Assembly (NCBI RefSeq): GCF_006345805.1
Contig: NC_043008.1
Location: 56,730,001-56,794,000, forward strand
Reading direction: 5' to 3'
Length of the DNA stretch: 64,000 nt
Origin: Octopus sinensis
Taxonomy: Eukaryota
Below are positions 52,016-64,000 of this stretch, in pieces. Position numbers and translations under genes: made by a program. The notes under the pieces were generated by a model. The model saw nothing but the letters and a program-made list of their open reading frames with translations. It ran no database searches and had not been told where the DNA came from. The first letter of the stretch is position 1; each line of letters begins with the position of its first letter.

Positions 52016-54543
52016 ACAGAAAGAAACAAGGAGAGAAAAATGTGTGTAGTGGTTACATGCATACAAAAATAATGCAACGCTCACATATATACATAGACAT
52101 ATATATGTATACATACATACACACACACATATATATATATATAAAACTATATGTATACACATATTCATATATACACACATACAAACTTACAAACACATAC
52201 ACATGTATATATACATACATACACATATATATATACACACCCACACATACATATCCCCTCCAGTTCACATGTACCCACATCTCTCTCTATGTATATATAC
52301 ATGTATTTATACTTATATATATATATATATATATACATACACACATACATATTTATATATACACACATACACATACATACACATATATCTATCTACGCAC
52401 ACGCATATATACATATATATACACACATGCATGGATATACTCATACATACGTACACATGTATATAAATAGTCATCCATACACATGCAGATATATACACAG
52501 ACACATACATACACATACATAAACTGGCAGAATCATTAGCATGCCAGCAGTATTTCATCTGTCTTCGCGTTCCAAGTTCAAATTTTACCAAGGCCAGGCT
52601 TGCTTTTCATCCTTTCAGGGTTGACAAAATAAGTACCAGTTAAGGAGTAGTAAGTCAATTAAACCAATGCCTTGGGCAAGTGCCTTCTACCATAGCCTCG
52701 TGTGTGGATTTGGTAGACGGAAACATATATATATATGTGTTGGTGTTGTGTTCTGTATATATATATATGTGTGAGTGTTGTGTGTGTGTGTGTGTGTGTG
52801 TGTGTGCCTGTGTTTGTCCCCCCAAGATCGCTTGACAACATCTGTCTCTCTCACTCTCCTTCTCTAACTGTCCTTCTCCTCCCCCCTCTCTCTCTCTTAG
52901 AGTCAGGTATGTTGTATTGTGTGAAAGAGTAGTTCTGACGCACCCGCTCAGTAATTTACTCCAGAAACAAAAAAATGGTCGTCGCGAGACGAAAACAATC
53001 TCTTCCCAAAGGCAGATGTGTTACTACGACAGTCTAAGGACTGCTGAAATGTAGAAAATTATAGAGTTTCAGTGAGGTTAAAAGATAAATTTAGAATAGA
53101 TCTTAATTACTTTTATTAATTGCGTCATTAAACCATGAAATAAGTACACATATGAATATGTGGTTAAGAAACTCATTTTGTACCCACAAGGTTTTTGGCC
53201 CAGTCACATTGCGCGGACACCTGGACATGTGACTTCTGCTGCAGTCCCGGCCGATCAATACTTTTTAAATGAATATGATAAACGGAAACGGTATGAAAGC
53301 CCGTCATATATAGATACACGCGTGTGTGAGTGTGTGTAATTCTGTCAGAGTTTGTTTTTTCAGCACTTGAATCCAGTGTCGGTAGGTTTACGTCCTAGTA
53401 ATTCAGCATTTCGGCAAAAGATACCAATATAATAGGTGCCAAACTTTAAAAAAAATATTAAGTAGTGGCATCGATTTGTACGACTAAGGTGGTGCCAGAC
53501 CACGACCGCACTCCAATGGCAGAAAGGAGTATATATCAAATTTATACAAGGAATGGTAAACACACGCGTTTATAATGTCTCACACTCCGATGCAGTATAT
53601 CGAACTCCTATCCAAATTTTTTGAATCTTGCTTGCTATGTATTTTGTCATTAAATATTCTTTCTACGATTAGTTCACTTCGCTGTGAGGTGGAAACATTA
53701 GAAGCTCGATATATCTAACCATATTATTGCTACTTTGTAGTGATTGCTTTTATGTTCTATTACTGGTTCAGGGAATGAGCGAAAACAATTCCCAGATAAA
53801 AAAAAAAATTACTTAAAATTCTTGAAATACTTCCTCTAAAAGGCTACGAAGAAACGTCTTCGTTATGGTTCAACTCTATTAATAAATGACATTTAAAAAT
53901 ATATGAAGATAATAAGACTAGTAATAGAATTTCTAAATGAAGTTATTGGAATTATTTGTGTCTCGTATTAATGGTGGTCCATATTAGTCATATCAAATAA
54001 ATACAAATAACTGAAATAGATTAAAACATATGAAGGTTTCATTTCCCTAAAGACATACAACTACATTTAATAATTCTATATAATTCTCATGAATAAAGTA
54101 ACAATGTGCAAAAGTATTTATAATCTGCACCAGGTCTTTTACTTATAAATGTAAGAAAAATTGTAATTCATTTTTATTTTTCCTGCAGTAGATATATTGG
54201 GAAAGTTTTTACTAGCACTCTCGTTTTAAGTTCCTCTGTACTCATAACAATAGAATTGAATTTTAACATATCGTTTCATAATTTCTGTTCTTGAATAGTT
54301 TAATCTTTTAATCTGAAAGGAAGTTAGTATCCATGATTCTTTACATGCCATCCGATGCATGTGACAGGAAGGAAGGAATTTCGAAAATTGAGATACAGCA
54401 TGAATGCTTGCAAGAATGTTAACTACGCCAAAATCTCTCATAGTGCAAGGGAATCACAAAAACATTTTCTTCGACTTGCACTGCACTAATAAATACAATT
54501 TTGTTGCTCAGAGTATTGAATGCTTGGTTATCTCAGAGTGTGT

Positions 54544-54942
54544 GGAGGCGCAATGGCCCAGTGGTTAGGGCAGTGGACTCGCGGTCATAGGATCGTGGTT
54601 TCGATTCCCAGACCGGGCGTTGTGAGTGTTTATTGAGCGAAAACACCTAAAAGCTCCACGAGGCTCCGGCAGGGGACGGTGGTGATCCCTGCTGTACTCT
54701 TTCACCACAACTTTCTCTCGCTCTTACTTCCTGTTTCTGTTGTACCTGTATTTCAAAGGGCCGGCCTTGTCACTCTCTGTGTCACGCTGAATATCCCCGA
54801 GAACTACATTAATAGTACACGTGTCTGTGGAGTGCTCAGCCACTTACACGTTAATTTCACGAGCAGGCTGTTCCGTTGATTCGGATCAACCGGAATCCTC
54901 ATCGTCGTAACCGACGGGGTGCTAAAAGAAGAAGAAAAAAAG
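54544..54942 (+). mobile_element. SINE family A, full length
   Basis: 12-bp TSD atctcagagtgt at 54530-41 and 54943-54, with an A-rich tail. Confidence 0.92.
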
Positions 54943-56611
54943 ATCTCAGAGTGTTCTATCCGCTCTGTAGTTGATAGATTAGCCAACATGGAAACCTCTG
55001 CTTAGTCACTTATTAAATCGCAATTCAAGCCCGAAACTGTATTAGCTGATGACCCTATTCTTGTTTACGGAGATACTGTTGCGCTTACATCTGTCTATCC
55101 CGTACCGTTGGTTAAGTCTATGAGTGTATTCTGTACTGCGTTGTAGTTTCTACGTAGTCACCATGCATACTAGAAAAATTATGCAAATTTCCTTTCAATC
55201 ATAAACTACTTGAAGTAGGAAGGACACATTGAAATAATCATTGAAATAATCCTTTCTAATAACCGTCAATGGAATGACTCTTCGGCTAAGAGTGGCTAGG
55301 TGATTACATTGACCCTCAAAACATGAAATTCAGAGTCGATCTTGGCGGAATTAGAACACGGAAAATAAAGTAATGCCGAAAGAAATGCCACTGTGCATGT
55401 ACGGTGATGCTAACGATTCTGCCAGATCCGCATCTTGTAGTCGTTGAAATAATAAAATGTGATAATCGTGGCTAGGATGTAGTTTGTTGATGAGTTTCAT
55501 TTTATCAAGCTTAACATAAAACGAAACAACAGCAACAATTAAAGAACCAATCAAAAGCCACAATAAATGGGAGTGATAATAATTGATACACCACCAGGGA
55601 GAAGTATGTTCCTTTTATTCTGTTTAAGTGTTGCTTTACAAGTCATTAGAAGATTTCTCCTCTCTTAAGGTACAGTTACACTTCAAATATATCACCACGA
55701 ATTAACAACATTGAAGCAGTCTTTCTGGCAAACACAGCAACTCATGTAGATGACCTTTAATCAAGGGCGTATAATCATGAACATTTCTTCATTTCTATAT
55801 ATAGTGCATTCACGATTATAGATTACCATCTTCAAGATTTTCGTTTATTTTTTTAAACAAGCATGTATGATTTGAATAATATTTAGCTGCTATTTCTAGA
55901 AGTTAGATTAACCAGTTAGACGCTCTCATAATAATCGTTTTCTCTATGCAAGTGTGGAAGGATTTCATCATAAGTGTAGTCTAAATATTTTCAGAAATGA
56001 AGACATCTCAACATTCCATGGCACGCTATGTTGCAATCCAAACCATTTCTGCTACGTGTTGTTGCAGTCTAAGCCATTTTCTTTTAGGCTCTGTTGCAAC
56101 CCAAGCCATTTCCATCCAAGATCTCCAATTTTCTTTCACGTTACACCACACACCGCAATTACGCTTCAAGATTATTGCAAGCAGTTTCGTTCAGTATCGG
56201 GAGTTTTTCAAATGAACAAAATCTACATTTATGTAAACCAAACAAATATAGAATAACTGTCAGCAATGTAATAAATTATAATTGGACGATTGAATCTTAG
56301 AAAGCTGCGTTTTTTTCGTCATAGGAGAGACATTCGTTTTGAAGTAAATTCCATCCGGCTGAACATCACACGCTTCACTAAAAAAATTCGAAAGTTTCTT
56401 ATTCTCAAGAGAACATAATTTCCGTTGTAGATGCGTATATAATGGGATCGAATAGTTTCTCCCACAATACTTTAGCACCTTAAAGGACCTGCAGCACGAA
56501 AGAAAATGTGAACTGCAAGTCAATACTTACAAACAATGAATTGTGGCTTTACCACGGGCCTGTGTTTACATATCTTGGTTTGGAAAGCAACTGAAAAATA
56601 TGTATGTATAT

Positions 56612-56650
<39 letters not shown>

Positions 56651-56902
56651 CATACATACATAGCACAGAATCAATCATCTTGCTACAGTCAAAAATTGTG
56701 AAGCATGACTGTCAACACTACTACATGAACCCGAAGATTGCAGAATTCAATGCATGAAAGTACTAGTTCAATCAGAATGAACATTTAACATTCTACTATT
56801 TCATTTTATTTTATTCAATTATAATATATTATCTTATAATATATCATTATAAGATTGTAAATAAAACGTGAAAATCAGACAAGGTTGGAATTCTTTTTAT
56901 TA

Positions 56903-56998
<96 letters not shown>

Positions 56999-57083
56999 TA
57001 CATACATATATATATATATATATGTATTTATGTATGTATTTATGCATATGTATATATTTATATATATATATATATATACTAGA

Positions 57084-57128
<45 letters not shown>

Positions 57129-57284
57129 CGTACGTACATATACATGTGTGTGTGTGTGAAGCCGCGTGGCCTAGGGGTTAGACCGTTGCACTCAAGATTG
57201 TTTGATCGTGGATTCGATTCCAATACAGCGCGGCGCGTTTGTTCTTGTGCAAAACACTTTATCTCACGTTGTCTCAGTTACCTG

Positions 57285-57340
<56 letters not shown>

Positions 57341-57720
57341 ATATATATATATATTATCTCTTAACACTTAGATGTTGTGGAACAGCGGCCCTGCTGGGGT
57401 ACCACTTTTAACTCGAATTAATCGACCCACGTCCTGTTTATTAAGACTGGATTTATTCTATCGGTCACATTCGCTGACCTGGTACGTTACGGGCTCCTTT
57501 CGTTTTCCGTCTGGCAAATCCACAAACAAAGCTTTGGTCAGCCACAGGCTATAGTTGAAGTCACTTACCGAAGGTGACACGTAGCGGGACTGAAGCGTAA
57601 ACCAGGTAGTTGGGAATGAAGTTTCAAACTACACAACCTTATACACGCATATATACGTATGTAATATATATATGTGCGTGTGTGACTTTGTGAGTTTGTG
57701 TGCGTGTATGCGTGTTTATA

Positions 57721-57798
<78 letters not shown>

Positions 57799-57799
<1 letters not shown>

Positions 57800-58172
57800 T
57801 AGCAGTATAGCCCGGGTTTGTTTTCTTTTCGGTTTTTTTTTTTCTTTTCGACCCTTTAGAATCGGAATTTTTGAAAAGTAAAAATTTTGCATTATGTAGC
57901 TTGTTATTCTCTTTAAGTGAAAATTTTCCTGATTTAAATACACTGATAAACGGCGACACAGCAATCAAAAAATCGTAATATATAGGGATTTTCATAGAAG
58001 AAAATGCACCTCTTTGATGTAAAAATTTTTGGTGTTAACATGGTCCGATTTGAATTTTTCTCTTCTACGGAATGAAGAGCAACCCTTCTTCTATCATACT
58101 GTCAATTTTGGTCAACTTGCACCGCAGGGTCTCGGAGGAGATAGTGTTAGTACCACATACAGACAACTTCGG

Positions 58173-58180
<8 letters not shown>
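57799..58180 (-). mobile_element. Non-autonomous Helitron-like element
   Basis: The minus-strand 3' end ...cccgggctatactgCTAG|T resembles the 12215-12239 end. The 5' end (ATATATAAGCCGAAGTTGTCTG) merges into (TA)n. Confidence 0.6.
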
Positions 58181-58232
<52 letters not shown>

Positions 58233-58260
58233 CATATAGGTGTATGTATGTATATGCATA

Positions 58261-58970
58261 TACTAAGTAATTAAGGGTTTAGCAACAATTTGCCTCACCA
58301 CACACCGAGTTTAGAAATAGCAGTCAAAGAGTTATGGCTATTCTTCCTACTTAAAAGGGAGATCTCAGTAAAACTACAGCACTTAAAAGGCAAACGCAGG
58401 CAAAAGAGAAAGAAATGACGACAATCATTCTATATTAAGTCACCTACGGACGTACGTTTCGAAATTAAGTCTTAGGAAAGCATAAAAATTAGATAATTAT
58501 GTCTTACCCAACTATTTTTCTCATCAGCTTAGGAATCTACAATTATGAATAATTGTATATTAAATTTGGAGGTACTAGAAGACATCACCTCAACTCATGG
58601 TATCAGAGCGAGCTTAAGCCGTTACCAGTATCACCAAATTCAAAGTGTGAATGAAAGTTTGTGTCACCAACCTCCTCCCACCAGCGTGCTGCCAGGATAA
58701 GATGTTGTGGTTATTTACTGGGATGAAATATGGTTATCAGTAATAATATAGGGTGAAATTTATTAATTTGGAATAATCATTAATTTCACCAAGTAGATTT
58801 CGGCGTGTAAAAGCCCCATTCGAGGAAGGTTTAAGTAATACTAAGTAATTAAGGGTTTAGCAACAATTTGCCTCACCACACACCGAGTTTAGAAATAGCA
58901 GTCAAAGAGTTATGGCTATTCTTTCTACTTAAAAGGGAGATCTCAGTAAAACCACAGCACTTAAAAGGCA
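58261..58970 (-). mobile_element. ORF-less terminally redundant hammerhead element (578-bp monomer plus 132-bp repeat)
   Basis: Direct repeats at 58261-58392 and 58839-58970 differ at 2 positions. There is an internal minus-strand HHR, and a TA-rich tract at the 3' end. Confidence 0.85.
58443..58533 (-). ncRNA. Type I hammerhead ribozyme motif (canonical core)
   Basis: Minus strand: cctaag CTGATGA GAAA...(about 52 nt)...TTTC GAAA C gtac GTC cgtagg. G10.1-C11.1 is intact. Stem III is the perfect palindrome ACGTACGT, with a GUC cleavage triplet. Confidence 0.85.
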
Positions 58971-59377
58971 TGTAGGTAGATAAGATATATAAATATGTAG
59001 ATGTAATATAATTGTGTACATTTCTTGATAATTGCGTTGACTTACCAGTAAAGTTATTTATTTTAAAAATGACAATATATATATAGAAAGTCTAGGAAGT
59101 TCACACTTTTCTCATTTGTAAAGTTTCTTTCCTACGACATTTTAAGAAAATGTTTTACTTCAATTTAGTTAAACATTTTTATGACATTATAAATATTTTG
59201 CTATCTAAAATATCAAATTACTCAAAACAGCATACTAATCAAATGCTCTGGTAAGGTATGTAGATATAATGTTAACGTTGTAAGAATTTAGAAAGTTCCA
59301 GAACTTTGTTTGAAGAATGAATCTCTAAGCCTTAGACTTTGCCATTAAAATTGTTTTACGAACTCAATATTTATACG

Positions 59378-59968
59378 CGAGCTGGCAGAAATGTTAGCGC
59401 ACCGGACGAAATGCTAAGCGGTATTTCGTCTGCCGCTACGTTCTGAGTTCAAATTCCGCCGAGGTCCACTTTGCCTTTCATCCTTTCGAGGTCGATTAAA
59501 TAAGTACCAGTTACGCACTGGGATCGATATATTCGACTTAATCCGTTTGTCTGTCCTTGTTTGTCCTCTCTGTGTTGAGCCCATTGTGGGTAGTAAAGAA
59601 ATAGGTATTTCGTCTGTAGTTACGTTCTGAGTGCAAATTCCGCCGAGGTCGACCTTGCCGTTTGTCCTTTCGGGGTCGATAAATTAAGTACCAATTGCGT
59701 ACTGGGGTCGATGTAATCGACTGGCCTCCTCCCCCAAAATTTCGGGCCTTATGACTAGAGCAGAAAAGAAACGTTAGCACACAGGGTGAAATGCTTAGCG
59801 GTATTTCGTCTATCTCTACATTCTGAGTTCAAATTCCGCCGAGGTCGACTTTGCGTTTTATCCTTTCGGGGATGGATAATCTAAGTACTAGTTGCGTACT
59901 GAGATCGATCTAATCGACTGGCCACCTCCCACCAAATTTCGGGCCTTCTGCCTAGAGTAGAAAGGAAT
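59378..59968 (+). mobile_element. SINE family B multi-unit cluster
   Basis: Three repeats of the ttctgagttcaaattccgccgaggtcgactttgcc body. Confidence 0.88.
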
Positions 59969-61215
59969 ATTTACGCACTATTATTCGTAGCTTTAACTTT
60001 CTAATTTCTCATGATGTCAACTACCCTGGTTAGTTAGAAAAATCGTTTCTAAAACAGAAACCAAAATTGAATGGTTGCAATGGTCTAATGGTAGAACATC
60101 TGTCCCATTTACAGGTAATGCAGGTTCGTGTCACACTTACATCACTCGATTTTTTAATTTTTTTTTATATTTAAAGGCGGCGTGATGGCAGAATCGTTAG
60201 TATGCCGGGCAAAATTCTTACCGACATTTCATCTGTCTTTACTTTCTGAGTCAAATTCTACCGAGGTCGACTTTGCCTTGCATCCTTTCGAGGTCGCTGA
60301 AATAAGTACCTGTTGAAGACATGTATCGACATACTCGATTTAGCCCCACCATGATATTGCTGTCCTTGTCCCAAAATCTGGAAACATTATTTCTAATTTA
60401 ATCTTCACCGAAATTCTTGACTGTTAATTTATTGATAGAATGCACTGCTGACATCGGGGCGATTCAAACGTAGAATTTAGAGTCAGAATAAACAGTGGAT
60501 GATGTGTTTTTCTGTCCGTCGCGCAAACGATGCTGCCAAGTTACCACCACGGAGATATTTACTTAATGATGCAAATATTGATGTCTAACATTATCGTGAT
60601 GAAATAGATTTCAATGAGAGACGAACGTCAGTTGAAGAAACCGGCAACATTGGACTTCTGCGCATTTTGTTAAGTCTTAAAATAACGAATTGAAAAAGCG
60701 GCAATGATGGCCTAAATGGATATTGTATGGTATTAATCCTTTAGCATTCAGATTATTCTGTCAAACATAATGCTTATTTATTCACAAGGTTTTGAATTGA
60801 TTGTGCATTGTATTGTTGCTTCAAGATTTCGATGATGTGATTCTTTCTTATTACAATTATCTCGCGTTCCCTCGAAGTTCATAAATTCATAGTGTTGTAA
60901 CAACACACAGTCCTAGATACTAAGATTAAACCATCTGAAATTGATAGAGAATTTCATTGGACGGTGTTAGTCTACTGGCAAACGTCCTACAATATCTAGA
61001 GAAGATGTAGGTTCAATAAATTATAGCGTGTAAATAATTTATGAGAAAACCTACCGTATAGAAAAATCGAGGCTGCCCGACGCCTTTGAATCAGTTAGTG
61101 TAAACATAAAGCAGGGTAGCGTTCGAATCTTTCTATTCAATGAGTTCTTAAACCAATATTTGTAGGATATTATTTGTGACTTTGTGCGTTCTTGCTTTGA
61201 AATATAGCCATTTCA

Positions 61216-61335
<120 letters not shown>

Positions 61336-61364
61336 CTGTGTGTCTGTGTGTGTGTATGTATGTG

Positions 61365-61403
<39 letters not shown>

Positions 61404-61574
61404 CCGGCCGCCAACACTAGTTTCTGCAAAATAGGGGTAGCTTATCTTGTTCAGGCTACAGTATTAGCATAATCCTGCGTTTGAAACTTTAAAATCACTT
61501 CTTTAACCTTCTAAGACATCTCAACGCTTCTAAAGCAAACTTCGTTTGTTAGTTTATGTTCATCGTAATTTGAA

Positions 61575-61637
<63 letters not shown>

Positions 61638-63342
61638 TATATATACACGTACAGAAACACAGTTACATACATATGACTGTGTGTGTGTAATAAACGAAGG
61701 ATGATTTCTATCAACCAAATTTCAGGGAAGAATTATGAGTTCATCGAAGGATATTTTAGAAGGGAATCATAGTAAATTTCTTCGGGATGTGATCGGACTA
61801 CAGTGAATCGTTTGCAAACGAAGGGATTTCATCACACAGCCATATTATTCATCCCATTTTACGTTTCTTGAATTTTTAACATGGCGTTTTTATATCCTTT
61901 TCTTCTCTAGGTACCAGGCCCGAAATTTTGGGGATGGGGGCCAGTCGATTAGGTCGGCCCGCATTTGTTTTTATATCGGCATATTCTTTTCTACTCTAGG
62001 CACAAGGTCCGAAATTTGGGGAGGAGGCGGACCATTCGATTAGACCGAACCCAGTACGTAACTGGTACTTAGTTTATCGACCCATGAAAGGATGAAAGGC
62101 AAAGACGACCTCGGCGGTTTTGAACTCAGGACGCAAAGACAGACGAAACCCTGCTAAGTATTTCCCTCGACGTGCTAACGTTTCTGCCAGCCCACCGCCT
62201 TCGTTTTTATATCGATATATTCTTTTTTACTCTAGGCACAAGGCCCGAAATTTTGGGGGTAGAGGAAAACAGTCGATTAGAACAAACCCAGTACGTAAGT
62301 GGTCCTTAATTCATCGACCACGAAAGGTTGAAAGGTTGAAAGTCGACCTCGGTGGAATTTGAACTCAGAATGTAAAGGCAGAGGAAATGCCGCGTCTTTT
62401 CCTGAATTATAAGCAGGCTTTGCTGTCCTTTGAGGCATAATGTCTTGAATGCATAGACAAGCATAAACCGCCGTTGAATGTTCTCAAATACACACGTGTG
62501 GGTATTTTCCATGAATCTGTAATGTTTGAGCGTTTGATCTTTTCTCTCGGAAAGGAAATTATCGTTGTGCTGAAATGATATTGATTAAATGATTATTATT
62601 CTGTTTACATTTGTCTAATATTTACCTGGAAAAAAAAGGTCGTGTAGAAAATGACCGAGAAGCAATGATGAGTTGTAAAAACAGGTTATTATTTACAGTA
62701 AACCTGATTATGTGATGGAAATCTCCTTTACACAAAATAGATTGCTGTAAATTGTCGGCATTTGCAATTGTAATAATATGCAATAATATGCATATGCATG
62801 TCTCTCTAATCGTTTCGGATTTCTTTTGAAATATTTATGTATGCTCATGAAATGCTGATATGGAATTACTCGTCACGGAGCAGCATTTGTTGACTTCGGT
62901 TACCATTATGTCATTATGCAAGACTGAAAGCTGATAGCCCCGTACCGTAGCGCGTAATTATAATACACATGTAATCGCAATTATCACTTAAGCAAACATT
63001 GAAGTGCATACGTCATGCTGCTATTTCCATTTAATCAGAGCAATATGCTGTCCTATCCTTAAATATTATGTATGGTGTGTGTACATGCGTTTATCGTCTA
63101 TGTCCATCTTGTTATTTAATGTTCTACGCTTCTCGTTTTATTTACACGCATACCAATGGTTTCATATATGTGTGAGTTTGTGCGTGTGTACCCGTGAGTA
63201 AAATATATATTTGTGCAAAACTAAGATTGGCGCTAGAACGTCACAGAACAACTCACAAAAGAATAAGTCGTATAAACTTCGATAGCATTCCGTCTTCTTT
63301 TCCTAGAAAAACTTCAAACAATTTATATGCCAGTATACAAAC

Positions 63343-63408
<66 letters not shown>

Positions 63409-64000
63409 TAATATATATATATACATGTATGTGTGTATGTATTATGCGTTAAATTAAGTAACGTTGACGAGTGAATATTATGTAATAATTAAAGCTTTAA
63501 TCTTATAAGCATTCACCGTGTATTGGGTATGGAAAATAGTCTAATATTGGAGTATAATTAGCCCTCGACGGCAAAAGTTGGTGTTAGTACGTGTGAGGAA
63601 ATAATGGGTGCGGGTTCAGTTCCTGTGCATTCTAATACCCTTTCTTTTTCTCGAGGGCTTATTTGGTCCAATATTAGACAATTTTCTATAACCAGTGCAC
63701 GGTGAACGCTTATACGCTTACGCACATACATACACACGTACACGCGCACACACACATACCTCATACATATATATCTTATATTAAACTTTTTAATACTTTT
63801 TGATAGTTATATACATTAAAAAAAAAATTAAATAAAAAAATTTTAAAATTTTAAAATTTATTAATTTAAAATTTAAAAAATATAAAATTTATAAATATAA
63901 ATTAAAAATTTTAAATTTAAATAATTCAAATTTTAAATTTTATATTTTATATTTTTTGTATATTATATTAATTATGTTTATTTTTATGTTTTGGTTTATG

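Noticed and set aside
56531-56590. 60-nt minus-strand segment with a good acceptor (ttttcAG) and donor (GTAAGT), open in the phase-1 frame (AFQTKICKHRPVVKPQFIV)
   Set aside because: It has no resemblance to the expected mGluR segment upstream of GVIIF, so it is probably a chance splice-like pair. cDNA would be needed.
60068-60135. tRNA-like A and B boxes (tggtctaatggtag...ggttcg)
   Set aside because: There is no intact cloverleaf. It is a decayed SINE head or tRNA pseudogene.
63780-64000. Nearly pure A/T non-periodic tract at the window end
   Set aside because: It is low-complexity, possibly low-quality consensus, with no interpretable structure.

Overview
AT-rich, microsatellite-dense animal genomic DNA. 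The SINE and LINE families look like those of a coleoid cephalopod (Octopus-like); this is an inference from repeat content, not a database result. The only host coding sequence I can support is two minus-strand exons (18378-18520 and 12335-12619). They have canonical splice sites and compatible phases and encode part of the Venus-flytrap domain of a class C GPCR of the mGluR family, whose motifs resemble the mXR/mangetout branch. The rest is probably very large introns or flanking DNA. It contains tRNA-derived SINEs (at least four families), decayed Penelope-like RT fragments, Dong/R4 LINE fragments in (TAA)/(TAG) tracts, an RTE fragment, a mariner-like transposase relic and three non-autonomous Helitron-like elements. 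The most striking unannotated signal is a set of type-I hammerhead ribozyme (HHR) folds in non-coding inserts beside (TA)n or related microsatellites. Four are well formed (10051, 21123, 45551, 58443), five are short or variant, and most have a self-complementary stem III. Two lie inside ORF-less, terminally redundant monomers of 486 and 578 bp, as expected for retrozyme-like or Penelope pseudo-LTR elements copied from circular RNA. A separate 126-nt hairpin at 8720-8845 has 7 G.U pairs and no A.C mismatch in its outer stem, so it folds well on only one strand. All folds were worked out by hand and repeat boundaries are approximate.
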